In this document: piece after piece, positions 39,544 through 49,108 of the stretch
Position numbering within the stretch: the stretch's first letter is position 1
Layout of the letters: each line of letters starts with the position of its first letter
Assembly (NCBI GenBank): GCA_964462205.1
Contig: CAYWWW010000001.1
Span: 11,443-75,442 of the forward strand
Length of the DNA: 64,000 nucleotides
Direction: 5' to 3'
Origin: an uncultured Cardiobacteriales bacterium
GTDB taxonomy: Bacteria; Pseudomonadota; Gammaproteobacteria; CAYWWW01
Position numbers and translations under genes: made by a program
Notes under the pieces: model-generated
Databases searched by the model: none
What the model saw: the letters and a program-made list of their open reading frames with translations, nothing else
Told to the model about the DNA's origin: nothing

Positions 39544-40719
39544 ATGCTTGCGCAATGGTTAAAAAAATCAAACTTGAGCAATGACTTGCCTTGTCAAGCG
39601 CCGGGTGCTTTACAAGTTAAAAATTTGTCGGTGCAACATGATAGGCAACGCCAGCCGGCACTATCGGCGGTGTCTTTTTGTCTGGCGGCGGAGGCTACCG
39701 GTGCCTTGTTAGGTCCCAGCGGTTGCGGAAAAACCACGTTGCTGCGGACGATAGCCGGTTTTGTGCAGCCCAATGCCGGCGAAATTTGGCTTGGCGAACA
39801 GGCGCTGGTCACGGCCAAAACCTTTTTGCGTCCTGAACAGCGCGGCATTGGCATGGTCTTTCAGGATTTGGCGCTGTTTCCACATTTGACTGTCGCTGAA
39901 AATATCGCTTTCGGCATTCGCCATTGGTCAAGCAACGACCGGCGAAGCCAGGTGCAGAAGTTATTAAATCTCGTGGATTTAGCAGCCTTTGCCGAAGTCT
40001 ATCCGGGACGTTTATCCGGCGGCCAGCAGCGGCGGGTGGCCTTGGCACGCGCTTTGGCACCGCGGCCACGCTTGCTGCTTTTGGATGAACCATTTTCGGG
40101 ACTCGAAATCCGTCTGCGGCAACAGTTGATTCGTGAAATCCGCGATATTTTGAAAAATCAAGGGGTTGGTGGCTTGTTGGTCACGCATCATCCCGAAGAA
40201 GCCTACCGTTTTGCCGATGTCATCGGCGTGATGCAGAAACGGGAGCTTTTACAGTGGGCCGACCCGTATCAGCTTTATCATCAACCCAATACGCCGTTTG
40301 TGGCGCAGTTTACTGGCTTGTCGGGATGGTTGCCGGCACAGCGGCAGGGTGCGGAAATCCTCACCGCTGCCGGTCACTTCCCGCTGCCGGAAGCCTGGCC
40401 AGAAGCGGCAACGCAGGCTTTTGTGTTACTGCGGCCAGAAGATGTGTTGTTTGACCCGGCCAGCACTTGGCGCTTGCCGGTGGTGGAGTCGGTGTTTAAT
40501 GGTGCGGATTTTCTCTATCATCTGCGTCTGCCCGATGACAGCCTGATTTTCTGCGTGGTGCCAAGCCATGTCAGCATCCCAATGACCGCGACTTTGCCAG
40601 TGCGGCTGGCGGTCAAGCATTGGGTGATTTTTACGGAAAAAAACACGCCGTTAGCGGTTTTTGCCGAAGACTTGCTCTCGCCAGATGCCGAAGCCTGGCC
40701 AAGCAAAGCTTTTCCCTGA
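39544..40719 (+). CDS. ABC transporter ATP-binding protein (FbpC-like)
   Basis: Walker A GPSGCGKTT, signature LSGGQQRRVALARAL and Walker B LLLLDEP, with a C-terminal regulatory extension. Confidence 0.88.
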   Translation: MLAQWLKKSNLSNDLPCQAPGALQVKNLSVQHDRQRQPALSAVSFCLAAEATGALLGPSGCGKTTLLRTIAGFVQPNAGEIWLGEQALVTAKTFLRPEQRGIGMVFQDLALFPHLTVAENIAFGIRHWSSNDRRSQVQKLLNLVDLAAFAEVYPGRLSGGQQRRVALARALAPRPRLLLLDEPFSGLEIRLRQQLIREIRDILKNQGVGGLLVTHHPEEAYRFADVIGVMQKRELLQWADPYQLYHQPNTPFVAQFTGLSGWLPAQRQGAEILTAAGHFPLPEAWPEAATQAFVLLRPEDVLFDPASTWRLPVVESVFNGADFLYHLRLPDDSLIFCVVPSHVSIPMTATLPVRLAVKHWVIFTEKNTPLAVFAEDLLSPDAEAWPSKAFP

Positions 40720-40799
40720 AATGCCTTGCCTGAAAGCCTTCGCCTGGGAACCCAGGCATTGGGAAGTGGTTGAAGAAAGGTTTTTTGTAAAACTTTGTT

Positions 40800-41312
40800 T
40801 TAGTTAGTAAATAATAAAAAATACGCCAAGGTGCCGAGACCGGCCAAGACACTCAAGACTGCGAGAATAACTATCGGTAAGGCAATGTTGCCGCTGGCTT
40901 TTTTCTCTTGACTTTGAAAGCTGCTCGTGATTTCTAAAAACATCGTCTGCTCTTGTGACTGTTGCCGCAGACTTTCGGCGACGCTGCTGCGCATCTTGCC
41001 GCTGACGGTGTTAGGCGGCTGTTGATCGAGTTCGGAAAAACGCAACAGATGCTCGCCAATTTGTAATTCATCGCCATTGTGGCAGATATGGCGCAGCACT
41101 CTTTCACCGCGGTAAAAAGTGCCGTTGGTGCTCATTAAGTCTTCAATAATATATTGGTTTTTTTCAAAAGAAATGCGCGCATGTTGACCGCTGGCCTTGT
41201 TGTCTGCCAGCACCAGGTCATTTTCAGCATTGCGGCCTACGGTCAGCCGTGTCTTGTCAATCACGCGGTCGGCAATCTTTTCCCCTTGAAAGTAAATCGC
41301 TATAGTGGCCAT
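40800..41312 (-). CDS. FHA-domain protein with C-terminal membrane anchor
   Basis: 170 aa. FHA motifs LTVGRNAENDLVL, SGQHARI and STNGTF. C-terminal TM helix IALPIVILAVLSVLAGLGTLAYFLLF. Confidence 0.85.
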   Translation of the reverse strand: MATIAIYFQGEKIADRVIDKTRLTVGRNAENDLVLADNKASGQHARISFEKNQYIIEDLMSTNGTFYRGERVLRHICHNGDELQIGEHLLRFSELDQQPPNTVSGKMRSSVAESLRQQSQEQTMFLEITSSFQSQEKKASGNIALPIVILAVLSVLAGLGTLAYFLLFTN

Positions 41313-41434
41313 CGCTTTCTCCTGAATAGGCTATTAAAGTTCGTTCATGTGCTTTGCTATTAAGTCATCTATCAAGTCATGCCAAAACCCGTTTGGCCTT
41401 TTTATCCTATCATTCATGCAGGTCTGTCGCGACT

Positions 41435-43282
41435 ATGTACGAGCAGTATTTCGGTCTGATTGCCAAACCTTTTGCGATTACGCCTGACCCGCGTTTTTTG
41501 TATTTAAGTGAACGTTATCATGATGCTTTAGCGCATTTGGTCTATGGCATTCGTGAAGGCGATGGTTTTGTGCAATTTACCGGCGAAGTGGGAACCGGAA
41601 AAACCACTCTCTGCCGCTATCTTCTTGAACGCATTGATAAAAATGTGCATATTGCCTTGATTCTTAATCCCCGTTTGACCGTCGTGGAATTGCTGCAAAC
41701 CATCTGCGATGAATTTAATTTAGCTTATGCCGAAGGCGGCAGCGTCAAAAACTATGTTGATATTCTTTATAGTTTTTTGCTGGAAAAACATGCTGCTGGC
41801 GAGCGGGTAGTGGTGATTCTCGATGAAGCGCAGAATCTGGATGTCGCGGTGCTGGAGCAATTGCGCCTGTTGACCAATCTCGAAACCAAAGAACAAAAAC
41901 TTTTGCAGATCATTTTAATCGGTCAGCCGGAATTGCGAACGCTGCTTGACCAGCCGGAACTGCGGCAGTTGGCACAACGGATTACCGCACGCTATCATCT
42001 CAATGCCTTGGAAAAACAAGAAGTTCAGCAATATATTCAACATAGGCTGTTGGTTGCCGGTGCCAAACGCATATTGTTTTCACCGGCGGCCATGGCCAGA
42101 ATTGCCGAGTTTTCGCGAAGTATTCCACGGCTTATCAATGTGTTGGCCAATCGGTCTTTGCTTATCGCCTATACCAAAGAGCGGCATTATGTGACCCCGG
42201 CGATGGTTGAGCAGGCGGCACGCGAGCTTTATTTGCGCCGACCGCAGCGGCTGGGACGTTGGGTGTTGCTATCGGTATTGGCTTTATCTTTAAGCGTTTG
42301 GGTCAGTTCATTTTTTATACCTCTGCCTTTTTGGCCAGCGGTGGGGCGCGTGGCAGAGCTGCCGCCGCCGACCTCAGCCAATGTTCCGCCGCTTGTTCCT
42401 CTGGACACCAAGTTGTCGGCAGTACCTGTGATGGAAAAATCAAAATATATCAATGAATTAGAAGAAAATATTGCGAAAACGCCAATGGAAAACGACAGCG
42501 CTAGAGCGTCTGGAAATACCGCTGTCAGCGCTCAGGACACCGAAAGCGTCTTGTCACCTAAAGCCGTGGCCGAGGAACTTGAAAAAGCGCCTTTGGTATT
42601 GCCGCTGGCACAAGTTTTTCGCGGCAGTCCGCCGGAAACGCCGTTGGCGCTGTTGCAAGCCTTGGTGCGGCATTGGGATGCGGCCGTCCCCCGCGCCGCC
42701 GATCTGGATATTCTCTGTCAAGCCTTGCCGGATCGGGGATTGCGATGTGCGCGTTTTGCGCCAACGGGTCTCAATCCCCAGTTGCTTCAGCAGTTAAACC
42801 GACCGGCGCTGTTGTGGCTTGGCGAAACGAAAGCGCCGCTTTTGGTATTGCGCCTGCGTACCGTTGCCACAGGTCAGGTGTTGGCCGAGGTTGGCCGGGT
42901 ATTGCCAGGCGAAGAAACCCTGGAGCAACCCTTGGGACGGCAATATGTCGCCTGGTCAGAGATTAGCGACTTGTGGAACGGCCAAGCGATTATCCTTTGG
43001 CGGCCACCGGCGATTTTTGGTGGCCGGCTGCCCAGTGTGCGTCTCGGCGATAGCGGCGAACAAGTGCTATGGTTGCGGGCGCTTTTACAGGAAGCTGGAT
43101 TTACCGTTACACCCGCAGAGCGCCGTTTTGATCAAGCCTTAGCCGAGCAGGTGCGCGCTTTTCAAAGCCGTTATGGCTTGTTGCCCGATGGCGTTGTTGG
43201 ACAAAATACCTTGATTCAACTGCAAAATGTTATTGATTCTGTTACCGGGTCGTCCGCTGAACCACGTTTGATTGAGGAATAA
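41435..43282 (+). CDS. ExeA/GspA-like AAA+ ATPase with C-terminal peptidoglycan-binding domain
   Basis: ORF trimmed to the ATG at 41435. N-terminus MYEQYFGL..PF, Walker A GEVGTGKTT, a TM segment, and PG_binding_1-like FQSRYGLLPDGVVGQNTL. Confidence 0.85.
   Translation: MYEQYFGLIAKPFAITPDPRFLYLSERYHDALAHLVYGIREGDGFVQFTGEVGTGKTTLCRYLLERIDKNVHIALILNPRLTVVELLQTICDEFNLAYAEGGSVKNYVDILYSFLLEKHAAGERVVVILDEAQNLDVAVLEQLRLLTNLETKEQKLLQIILIGQPELRTLLDQPELRQLAQRITARYHLNALEKQEVQQYIQHRLLVAGAKRILFSPAAMARIAEFSRSIPRLINVLANRSLLIAYTKERHYVTPAMVEQAARELYLRRPQRLGRWVLLSVLALSLSVWVSSFFIPLPFWPAVGRVAELPPPTSANVPPLVPLDTKLSAVPVMEKSKYINELEENIAKTPMENDSARASGNTAVSAQDTESVLSPKAVAEELEKAPLVLPLAQVFRGSPPETPLALLQALVRHWDAAVPRAADLDILCQALPDRGLRCARFAPTGLNPQLLQQLNRPALLWLGETKAPLLVLRLRTVATGQVLAEVGRVLPGEETLEQPLGRQYVAWSEISDLWNGQAIILWRPPAIFGGRLPSVRLGDSGEQVLWLRALLQEAGFTVTPAERRFDQALAEQVRAFQSRYGLLPDGVVGQNTLIQLQNVIDSVTGSSAEPRLIEE
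42317..42330 (+). repeat. degenerate (12/14) copy of the 14-mer
   Basis: ttttttATaCCTCTGCCTTt, inside exeA-like gene. Same T-rich 5' flank. Confidence 0.5.
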
Positions 43283-43284
43283 CC

Positions 43285-44040
43285 ATGTCAAGTATTCTCG
43301 ATGCACTGCAAAAATCCGAACGTGCCCGCGCCCAGCAGCAGCGCAGCTTTGGCCTGAAATATGGGGAAAGTGCTGTAGAAAATCGCTTTGATGCCAATGC
43401 GCATCTGCTGCCAACTGCGCCGGTGTCGCCACCTTTAAGCGCACCGTGGTTATTGCTAGGGCTTTTTATCGGCATAGTGCTGGTACTGCTAGCGGTGATT
43501 GCCTTGTTGTTATGGCAGCCACGTTCACCGGCAGCGGCTTCTCCAGCACCGAGTACACCGGCGGTCGTTATGGTGCCTTGGTCAACCCCGGCAGTCGTCC
43601 CGGAACTGGCGACTCCGCTTAAGGTTGCGCCGGCGACGGTTGCGCCTGCGAATGACCCCAAGACAGCCCTCGATATACCATTTCCGGCTGAAAATTTTCC
43701 CGAGGAAATGACTACGCTGCCATTGGCCACACCACCAGTAGCGGAAAGGCCAGCCAGCGCAAGCGACTTGGGCGAAGTTTTCCCGCCTGCTGGCAAGCGT
43801 TCTCAGAGCTTGCCGACCTTGGGAGAATTGCCGGCGTTTTTACGTCAGCAGTTGCCAGCCTTGGAGATAGATATTCATGCTTATGATCCGCTTCCGGAAA
43901 AGCGCTTTGTTTTCATTAACTTAGTACGTTATAATCAAGGCGATTATCTTAATCCTGAGATATTGCTTCAGGAGATTACCCGCGAGGGCGTGATTTTGCG
44001 TTTTCAACAAGTGGCCTTTCGGGTGTTACTCCAAGAATAA
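43285..44040 (+). CDS. GspB/ExeB-like general secretion pathway protein B
   Basis: 251 aa. N-terminus MSSILDALQKSERAR, a TM helix, a Pro/Ala-rich linker, and a C-terminal T2SS-B domain (LPALEIDIHAYDPLPEKRFVFIN). Starts 3 nt after the exeA stop. Confidence 0.8.
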   Translation: MSSILDALQKSERARAQQQRSFGLKYGESAVENRFDANAHLLPTAPVSPPLSAPWLLLGLFIGIVLVLLAVIALLLWQPRSPAAASPAPSTPAVVMVPWSTPAVVPELATPLKVAPATVAPANDPKTALDIPFPAENFPEEMTTLPLATPPVAERPASASDLGEVFPPAGKRSQSLPTLGELPAFLRQQLPALEIDIHAYDPLPEKRFVFINLVRYNQGDYLNPEILLQEITREGVILRFQQVAFRVLLQE

Positions 44041-44067
44041 TTTTTAAGCCACGCAGCGAAGTTTTTT

Positions 44068-45195
44068 ATGAAAATAGCTTTTTTTACCGAAACCTTTTTG
44101 CCCAAAATTGACGGCATTGTCACCCGTCTGACCCACACCCTGCGCTATTTGCAAGATTGGGGACATGAACTGCAAATTTATGCGCCCGAGGCGGGAGTCA
44201 CGGTTTATCGTCAGTCGCCGGTGATAGGCGTTGCTGCCATGCCTTTTCCGCTTTATCCCGAATTAAAACTGGCCATGCCAAAGCCATTTATCAAGGAAAA
44301 ATTACAAAAATTTCAGCCAGATATTATTCATGTTGTCAATCCGGCAGTTTTGGGTTGGGCGGGTATTCAATACAGCCGCGAACTCAATGTGCCGCTTCTC
44401 GCGTCTTATCACACGCATCTGCCGACATATCTTAAACATTATCATCTGGATATGTTTAAAGGCTTACTGTGGCAAATTTTGCGCACCATGCACAACAAAG
44501 CGCAACGCAACCTCTGCACCTCGGAGGCGATGCGCGTGGAGCTTGCCGAAAATGGCATTGAACAGTTGGCGGTGTGGCAGCGGGGTGTGGATACCGAGTT
44601 ATTTCATCCCGATAAAAAATCGGCGACCATGCGCGATTTTTTAAGCCAAGGGCATCCCGAGGCACCGCTGTTGCTTTATGTCGGTCGGCTGGGTGCGGAA
44701 AAACGTTTGGAACAACTCAAAGCCTTATTGAGCGACTTGCCGGCAGTGCGTTTGGCACTAGTCGGTGACGGGCCACAACGCGCTGAACTCGAAAAACTTT
44801 TTGCCGGCTTGCCGGTATTTTTTGCCGGTTATCTACGCGGGGAAGATTTGGCAGCAGCCTATGCCTCGGCGGATTTATTTGTTTTTCCTTCAACGACCGA
44901 AACTTTAGGTCTGGTGCTTTTGGAAGCGATGGCGGCGGGCTGTCCGGTGGTGGCGGCTAACTCGGGTGGTATTCCCGATATTGTCAGCGATGGGGTCAAT
45001 GGTTTTTTGTTTCCGCCGGAAAGCGGCATTGGGATGGCGGTGGCAAAAGTGCAAATGTTGCTTGATGACCGCACTTTTCGGGAAAATTTGCGCCAAGCGG
45101 CGGTTGTGGAGGCGCGGCGTTGGAGCTGGGAGGCTGCCAGCCGGCAATTGTTGACTTTTTATGAAGAAATCCGTTTTTCCGCTAGCGAAAAATAA
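44068..45195 (+). CDS. glycosyltransferase family 4 (GT-B)
   Basis: 375 aa. N-terminus MKIAFFTETFLPKIDGIV, with YVGRLGAEKR and TETLGLVLLEAMAAGCPVVA (the EX7E region). Confidence 0.85.
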   Translation: MKIAFFTETFLPKIDGIVTRLTHTLRYLQDWGHELQIYAPEAGVTVYRQSPVIGVAAMPFPLYPELKLAMPKPFIKEKLQKFQPDIIHVVNPAVLGWAGIQYSRELNVPLLASYHTHLPTYLKHYHLDMFKGLLWQILRTMHNKAQRNLCTSEAMRVELAENGIEQLAVWQRGVDTELFHPDKKSATMRDFLSQGHPEAPLLLYVGRLGAEKRLEQLKALLSDLPAVRLALVGDGPQRAELEKLFAGLPVFFAGYLRGEDLAAAYASADLFVFPSTTETLGLVLLEAMAAGCPVVAANSGGIPDIVSDGVNGFLFPPESGIGMAVAKVQMLLDDRTFRENLRQAAVVEARRWSWEAASRQLLTFYEEIRFSASEK

Positions 45196-45242
45196 GCGCA
45201 ACATAAGCAGGCTGCGCAAGCGTTTGTAAGGTAGCAGTGGCT

Positions 45243-45260
45243 GCGGCAAGGCTTTGCCGC
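45243..45260. terminator. hairpin between convergent genes
   Basis: GCGGCAA-GGCT-TTGCCGC with no clear U-tract. Confidence 0.3.
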
Positions 45261-45321
45261 GCTCTTTCCCCTTCCGCGCTTCTCTTTAGGAGAGTTAATT
45301 CCTGTATTGCTTAAAGGATGT

Positions 45322-46569
45322 TCAATAAGGATATTGTGTTGGCATGACCAGGTCTTGTACCACCAGCAGCCAGACTAAAACCAAGATCGCTGCCAATAGT
45401 GCCAACCACAACAACGGCCACCAAAAACGCGGTTGCTGATTTTTGCGCTTGCTTTCTGCGTTTTTTGCTGCGCTGGATTTCACCGGCTTGCTGTCAGCAG
45501 CGGCGGCTGAAAAAACGCTGCTGACCACAGTTTTTTCTAAGCTGGCTTCAGAAGCAGCCTGGCTTGCTGAACGGCTTTCTTTCACGTTGTGTAGGGTCAC
45601 GACTGGCAATTCACCGCTGGTTCTTTCTTCTTGGCGTTTTTCTTCCACATGCTTTTGCGCTTTACGCATGGCATCCATCCAGTCGCTGTAACGGTCAGGC
45701 GGAGCTTTTTCTGCCGTTTCTTCGCTAGTCGCGACGCTCTCGCTTGCTTTGGCTTTTCGATTATTGTCGAGTTTTTCGCGGATGCTTTTTACGGTGGTCA
45801 ACAAGGCTTTGGCATGGAGGAAACGTTCTTCACGGTCTTTGGCCATCATTTTGTTCAATAATGGCTGAAGTTTTTCAAAAGCCGGTGGAAAATTCGGCAC
45901 GGGTGCAGTGATGTGCATCATCACCGTACCCATATAGCTATCACCTTGATAGGGTTTGCTGCCGGTGAGCATTTCATAAAACAACACCCCTAAACTGTAG
46001 ATGTCACTGCGGCCATCCACCATTTTGCCTTCGGCCTGCTCCGGGCTTAGATAATGGGGACTGCCGATAGCCGAGCCGGTGGCAGTCAATTCGCTATCCA
46101 CTTCTAATTGCTTGGCAATGCCGAAATCCGTCAACACCAAGGTGCCATTTTCCCGAAATAAGACATTAGCCGGTTTGATATCGCGATGTACCACTTGCCG
46201 TTGGTGGATATAGACCAAACATTCGGCCAGTTGCTCAAGGTATAATAATGCAACCAACGGATTGATTTTTTTCTGGATGCGCTGCTTTAAGTCGCCACCT
46301 TTGACATATTCCATCGAGAGGTAATGCAGGCGGTCATCCAAAAGCCCGACATCGTGGATGATGATGATATGCGGATGATTGAAGCCTGCGATAATCTGTG
46401 CTTCTTTCAAAAAACGCTCGGAAAAGCCGGGCACATTCATCGTCTGGTGCATGACTTTGATCGCCACTTCCCGCCCCAAAGACTGCTGAATTGCCCGATA
46501 TACCGTCGCCATACCGCCTTGGCCAACGACTTCTAAAATTTGATAACCCGGAATTGCCAGTTGCGTCAT
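45322..46569 (-). CDS. Hanks-type serine/threonine protein kinase with C-terminal TM helix
   Basis: 415 aa with GQGGMATVY, AIKV, HRDIKPANVLF, DFGIA and SPEQ. The C-terminus has a hydrophobic helix, WWPLLWLALLAAILVLVWLLVV. Confidence 0.9.
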   Translation of the reverse strand: MTQLAIPGYQILEVVGQGGMATVYRAIQQSLGREVAIKVMHQTMNVPGFSERFLKEAQIIAGFNHPHIIIIHDVGLLDDRLHYLSMEYVKGGDLKQRIQKKINPLVALLYLEQLAECLVYIHQRQVVHRDIKPANVLFRENGTLVLTDFGIAKQLEVDSELTATGSAIGSPHYLSPEQAEGKMVDGRSDIYSLGVLFYEMLTGSKPYQGDSYMGTVMMHITAPVPNFPPAFEKLQPLLNKMMAKDREERFLHAKALLTTVKSIREKLDNNRKAKASESVATSEETAEKAPPDRYSDWMDAMRKAQKHVEEKRQEERTSGELPVVTLHNVKESRSASQAASEASLEKTVVSSVFSAAAADSKPVKSSAAKNAESKRKNQQPRFWWPLLWLALLAAILVLVWLLVVQDLVMPTQYPY

Positions 46570-47333
46570 GTTGAAGTCCCTTCCTGTTGCCCCTGCACCA
46601 AGCAGAGGGTTATGTTGTCACGTCCACCATTGTCAAGCGCCTGTTGCAATAAACGCTGCGCGGCGGTTTCTAAAGACGTTGCCGTTGCAAAAATCTCATG
46701 CAGTTGTTTTTCGTTCACTTCCCGGGTGAGGCCATCCGAACATAAAAGCCAAGCATCACCGGCTAAAATATTTTCCTGGCAACTATCCACCAGCACTTCG
46801 GCTTCGATACCGATAGCGCGGGTGATGACATGCGCACTGGGATGCGTTTCGGCTTCTTGACGGCTGATTTTTCCTTGCGCAATCAAGCGTTCAATCAGCG
46901 AATGGTCGCTTGTGACTTGCGTCAATACCCCGTGGCGCAAGCGATAAATCCGACTGTCGCCGACCCAAAGATAAAGTGCTTTTCCTTGATAAATATGCAA
47001 TAAAACCAAGGTGCTGCCGCTGCGCTGTTGGGCTTCCTCAGCAATTTTTTTAATTGAGCCATTGACCGTTTGCAGTTCTTGACGAAAGCGCTGCTCGCGA
47101 CTTTTGAGGGAACCGGCCAGGGGGATGGTATCCAGTGCGGCGATAATCGTATTGCTTGCCCATTCGCCGTCACTGTAACCGCCCATGCCATCGGCTACCG
47201 CCCAGAGTGCGCGTTCTGGACGATTGAGCAGGGCATCTTGATTATTTTTTCGCACCCGTCCGACATCACTTTGGCCGACGGAATGCCAAGCGGTAGCGGT
47301 TTTTAGAGCGCGTCTAAAAAATGGTAAGCGCAT
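46566..47333 (-). CDS. PP2C-family serine/threonine phosphatase
   Basis: GRVRKNNQDA, VADGMGG, CSDGL and DNITL motifs. Stop overlaps the kinase start by 4 nt. Confidence 0.9.
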   Translation of the reverse strand: MRLPFFRRALKTATAWHSVGQSDVGRVRKNNQDALLNRPERALWAVADGMGGYSDGEWASNTIIAALDTIPLAGSLKSREQRFRQELQTVNGSIKKIAEEAQQRSGSTLVLLHIYQGKALYLWVGDSRIYRLRHGVLTQVTSDHSLIERLIAQGKISRQEAETHPSAHVITRAIGIEAEVLVDSCQENILAGDAWLLCSDGLTREVNEKQLHEIFATATSLETAAQRLLQQALDNGGRDNITLCLVQGQQEGTST

Positions 47334-47487
47334 AGGGTGTTCCTGCAAAAGAATTCACAACAGTATGCCAAAGGTTCGGTGCTTCTCCCAAAGGGAAGAC
47401 CTGGCTTGTGGCATTCCGATGCTTAAGATAAATGTTGGTGGCGATGGTTGGCATTTTTTTCTGCTCCTTGTGGCGAATTTTTTTTGC

Positions 47488-49068
47488 TTAGGTCTTTTGC
47501 GAAGCGGAACTTAAAGACTCCCTCGCCCAGTAAATCAGTAACAGCACCGGCGTACCTAAAGCGGCGGCCAGCGCAAAAAAAGCGCCATAGCCAATGCTGT
47601 CCACGATGCTGCCCGAATAACCGCCTAAAAGTTTCGGCAATAACAGCATCATCGAGCTTAAAATCGCATACTGCATGGCGGTAAAACGGATATTGGTCAA
47701 TGCCGAGAGATAGGCGATAAAAGCGGCGGTGGCAATACCGGCACTCAAATTATCGGCGCTGATGGTCAAGGCCAAAAGTGAGACATCGGGAAAATAATAG
47801 CCATTGATAACGGTCAACTGATTGAGCAGGCTAAATAAAAGATTGGTACTGGCGGTTAAAAATCCCCCAAGCCAAAGAATCGGCATGATGCCATAGCGCA
47901 GCGTTAAAATCCCGCCCAGTAAACCACCAATAATGGCCATAATTAACCCTAAAACTTTAGAAATATCAGCAATTTGGCCTTTGGTAAATTGCAAGTCCTG
48001 ATAAAAAATATTACCGACGATGCCAGCGACAATATCGGAAAGCCGATACAAGGCGATGAGCGCCAAAATCAACAGCGCTTGCCGACCATAACGCTGAAAA
48101 AAATCTTTGACCGGCTGTAGATAGGTTTCTTCGAGTAGGCTATTGGCCACCAGCCGAAAGCGCACGCTCAATAAGGCCAGGGTAAAGGCCACTTGTCCGG
48201 CTTGCAGCAAGCGCAGCGCCTCAACGAATACGGCGGCCAGAGGTTTTGGCCAGCCTAAGCTGGCGAAGGTGTTTTTCAGCACCTCGGCCAGCGCGTGATT
48301 GACAAAAAACATGCTGATAAAAGTCAAAACCGTCAATAAAAACAGCAACAAAAAGCGCAAAGATGACCCAGCGCCATGCAAAGTATAAAGGCGCGCCTGA
48401 CTGCGTGGCGGTTCATAGGCCAAAAGCGTCGTCAGCATCCCAATGCCCATCAACGCCGCCATGACGAGATAACTCCATTGCCAGGCTTGATAAAAGTAAT
48501 GTCCCTGACTGCTGCCAAAAAATTCGGCCAATTTCAGAACCCCCGCGCCGGCGGCAATCATCCCCAAACGATAACCAGTGGTGTACATGGCCGAGAGCAA
48601 GGCTTGCCATTCTTCCTCGGCGATTTCAATGCGAAAGGCATCAATGACAATATCTTGCGTCGCCGAACTAAAGCCCAAGAGCACCGCCGCTGCCGCCAGC
48701 CACACCAAGTGTTCTGCCGGATTCAAAAGCGCCATACCAATAATCGCCAGACTGACTGCCAGTTGACTCAGCAATAACCACGCCCGCCGCTGGCCAAGCC
48801 AAGTGCTGAAAAACGGCAGTGGCAAACGGTCAATCAATGGTGCCCAAACAAACTTAAAGGAATAACCCAAGGCCGCCCAACTGAAAAAAGTCACGGTACT
48901 GCGTGCAACATCGGCTTCACGCAGCCACAGCGACAGCGACGAAAATAGCAATAACAACGGCAAACCGGCGGAAAAGCCCAGAAAAAACATGATCCACACT
49001 GGCGGATAGCCAAAACGTCGCCAGTCGGTAAAAGCAAAAAAGCGCGAAAAAAACGACAAATAAGCCAT
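47488..49068 (-). CDS. ampG: AmpG-family muropeptide MFS permease
   Basis: 526 aa with about 14 TM segments. N-terminal region FLGFSAGLPLLL..STLSLWL and WAPLIDR are typical of AmpG. Confidence 0.8.
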   Translation of the reverse strand: MAYLSFFSRFFAFTDWRRFGYPPVWIMFFLGFSAGLPLLLLFSSLSLWLREADVARSTVTFFSWAALGYSFKFVWAPLIDRLPLPFFSTWLGQRRAWLLLSQLAVSLAIIGMALLNPAEHLVWLAAAAVLLGFSSATQDIVIDAFRIEIAEEEWQALLSAMYTTGYRLGMIAAGAGVLKLAEFFGSSQGHYFYQAWQWSYLVMAALMGIGMLTTLLAYEPPRSQARLYTLHGAGSSLRFLLLFLLTVLTFISMFFVNHALAEVLKNTFASLGWPKPLAAVFVEALRLLQAGQVAFTLALLSVRFRLVANSLLEETYLQPVKDFFQRYGRQALLILALIALYRLSDIVAGIVGNIFYQDLQFTKGQIADISKVLGLIMAIIGGLLGGILTLRYGIMPILWLGGFLTASTNLLFSLLNQLTVINGYYFPDVSLLALTISADNLSAGIATAAFIAYLSALTNIRFTAMQYAILSSMMLLLPKLLGGYSGSIVDSIGYGAFFALAAALGTPVLLLIYWARESLSSASQKT

Positions 49069-49108
49069 GGAAAAATTCTTATGAATGAAAAGGGAGTGAA
49101 AAAACCGT

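Noticed and set aside
40721-40736. Possible decayed copies of the 14-mer: ATGCCTTGCCTGAAAG here, and ATGCCTTG-type 8-mers at about 15981, 36678, 42004 and 61385.
   Set aside because: These need two indels or lack the CTCTG core. AAT-GCC-TTG is simply a run of preferred codons (N-A-L) in this genome. They were not counted as motif copies.
43242-43796. 184-aa ORF antisense to the exeA end and gspB.
   Set aside because: It is the shadow of the Pro/Ala-rich GspB linker (Gly/Ala/Thr-rich translation). It has no RBS and fully overlaps better-supported genes.
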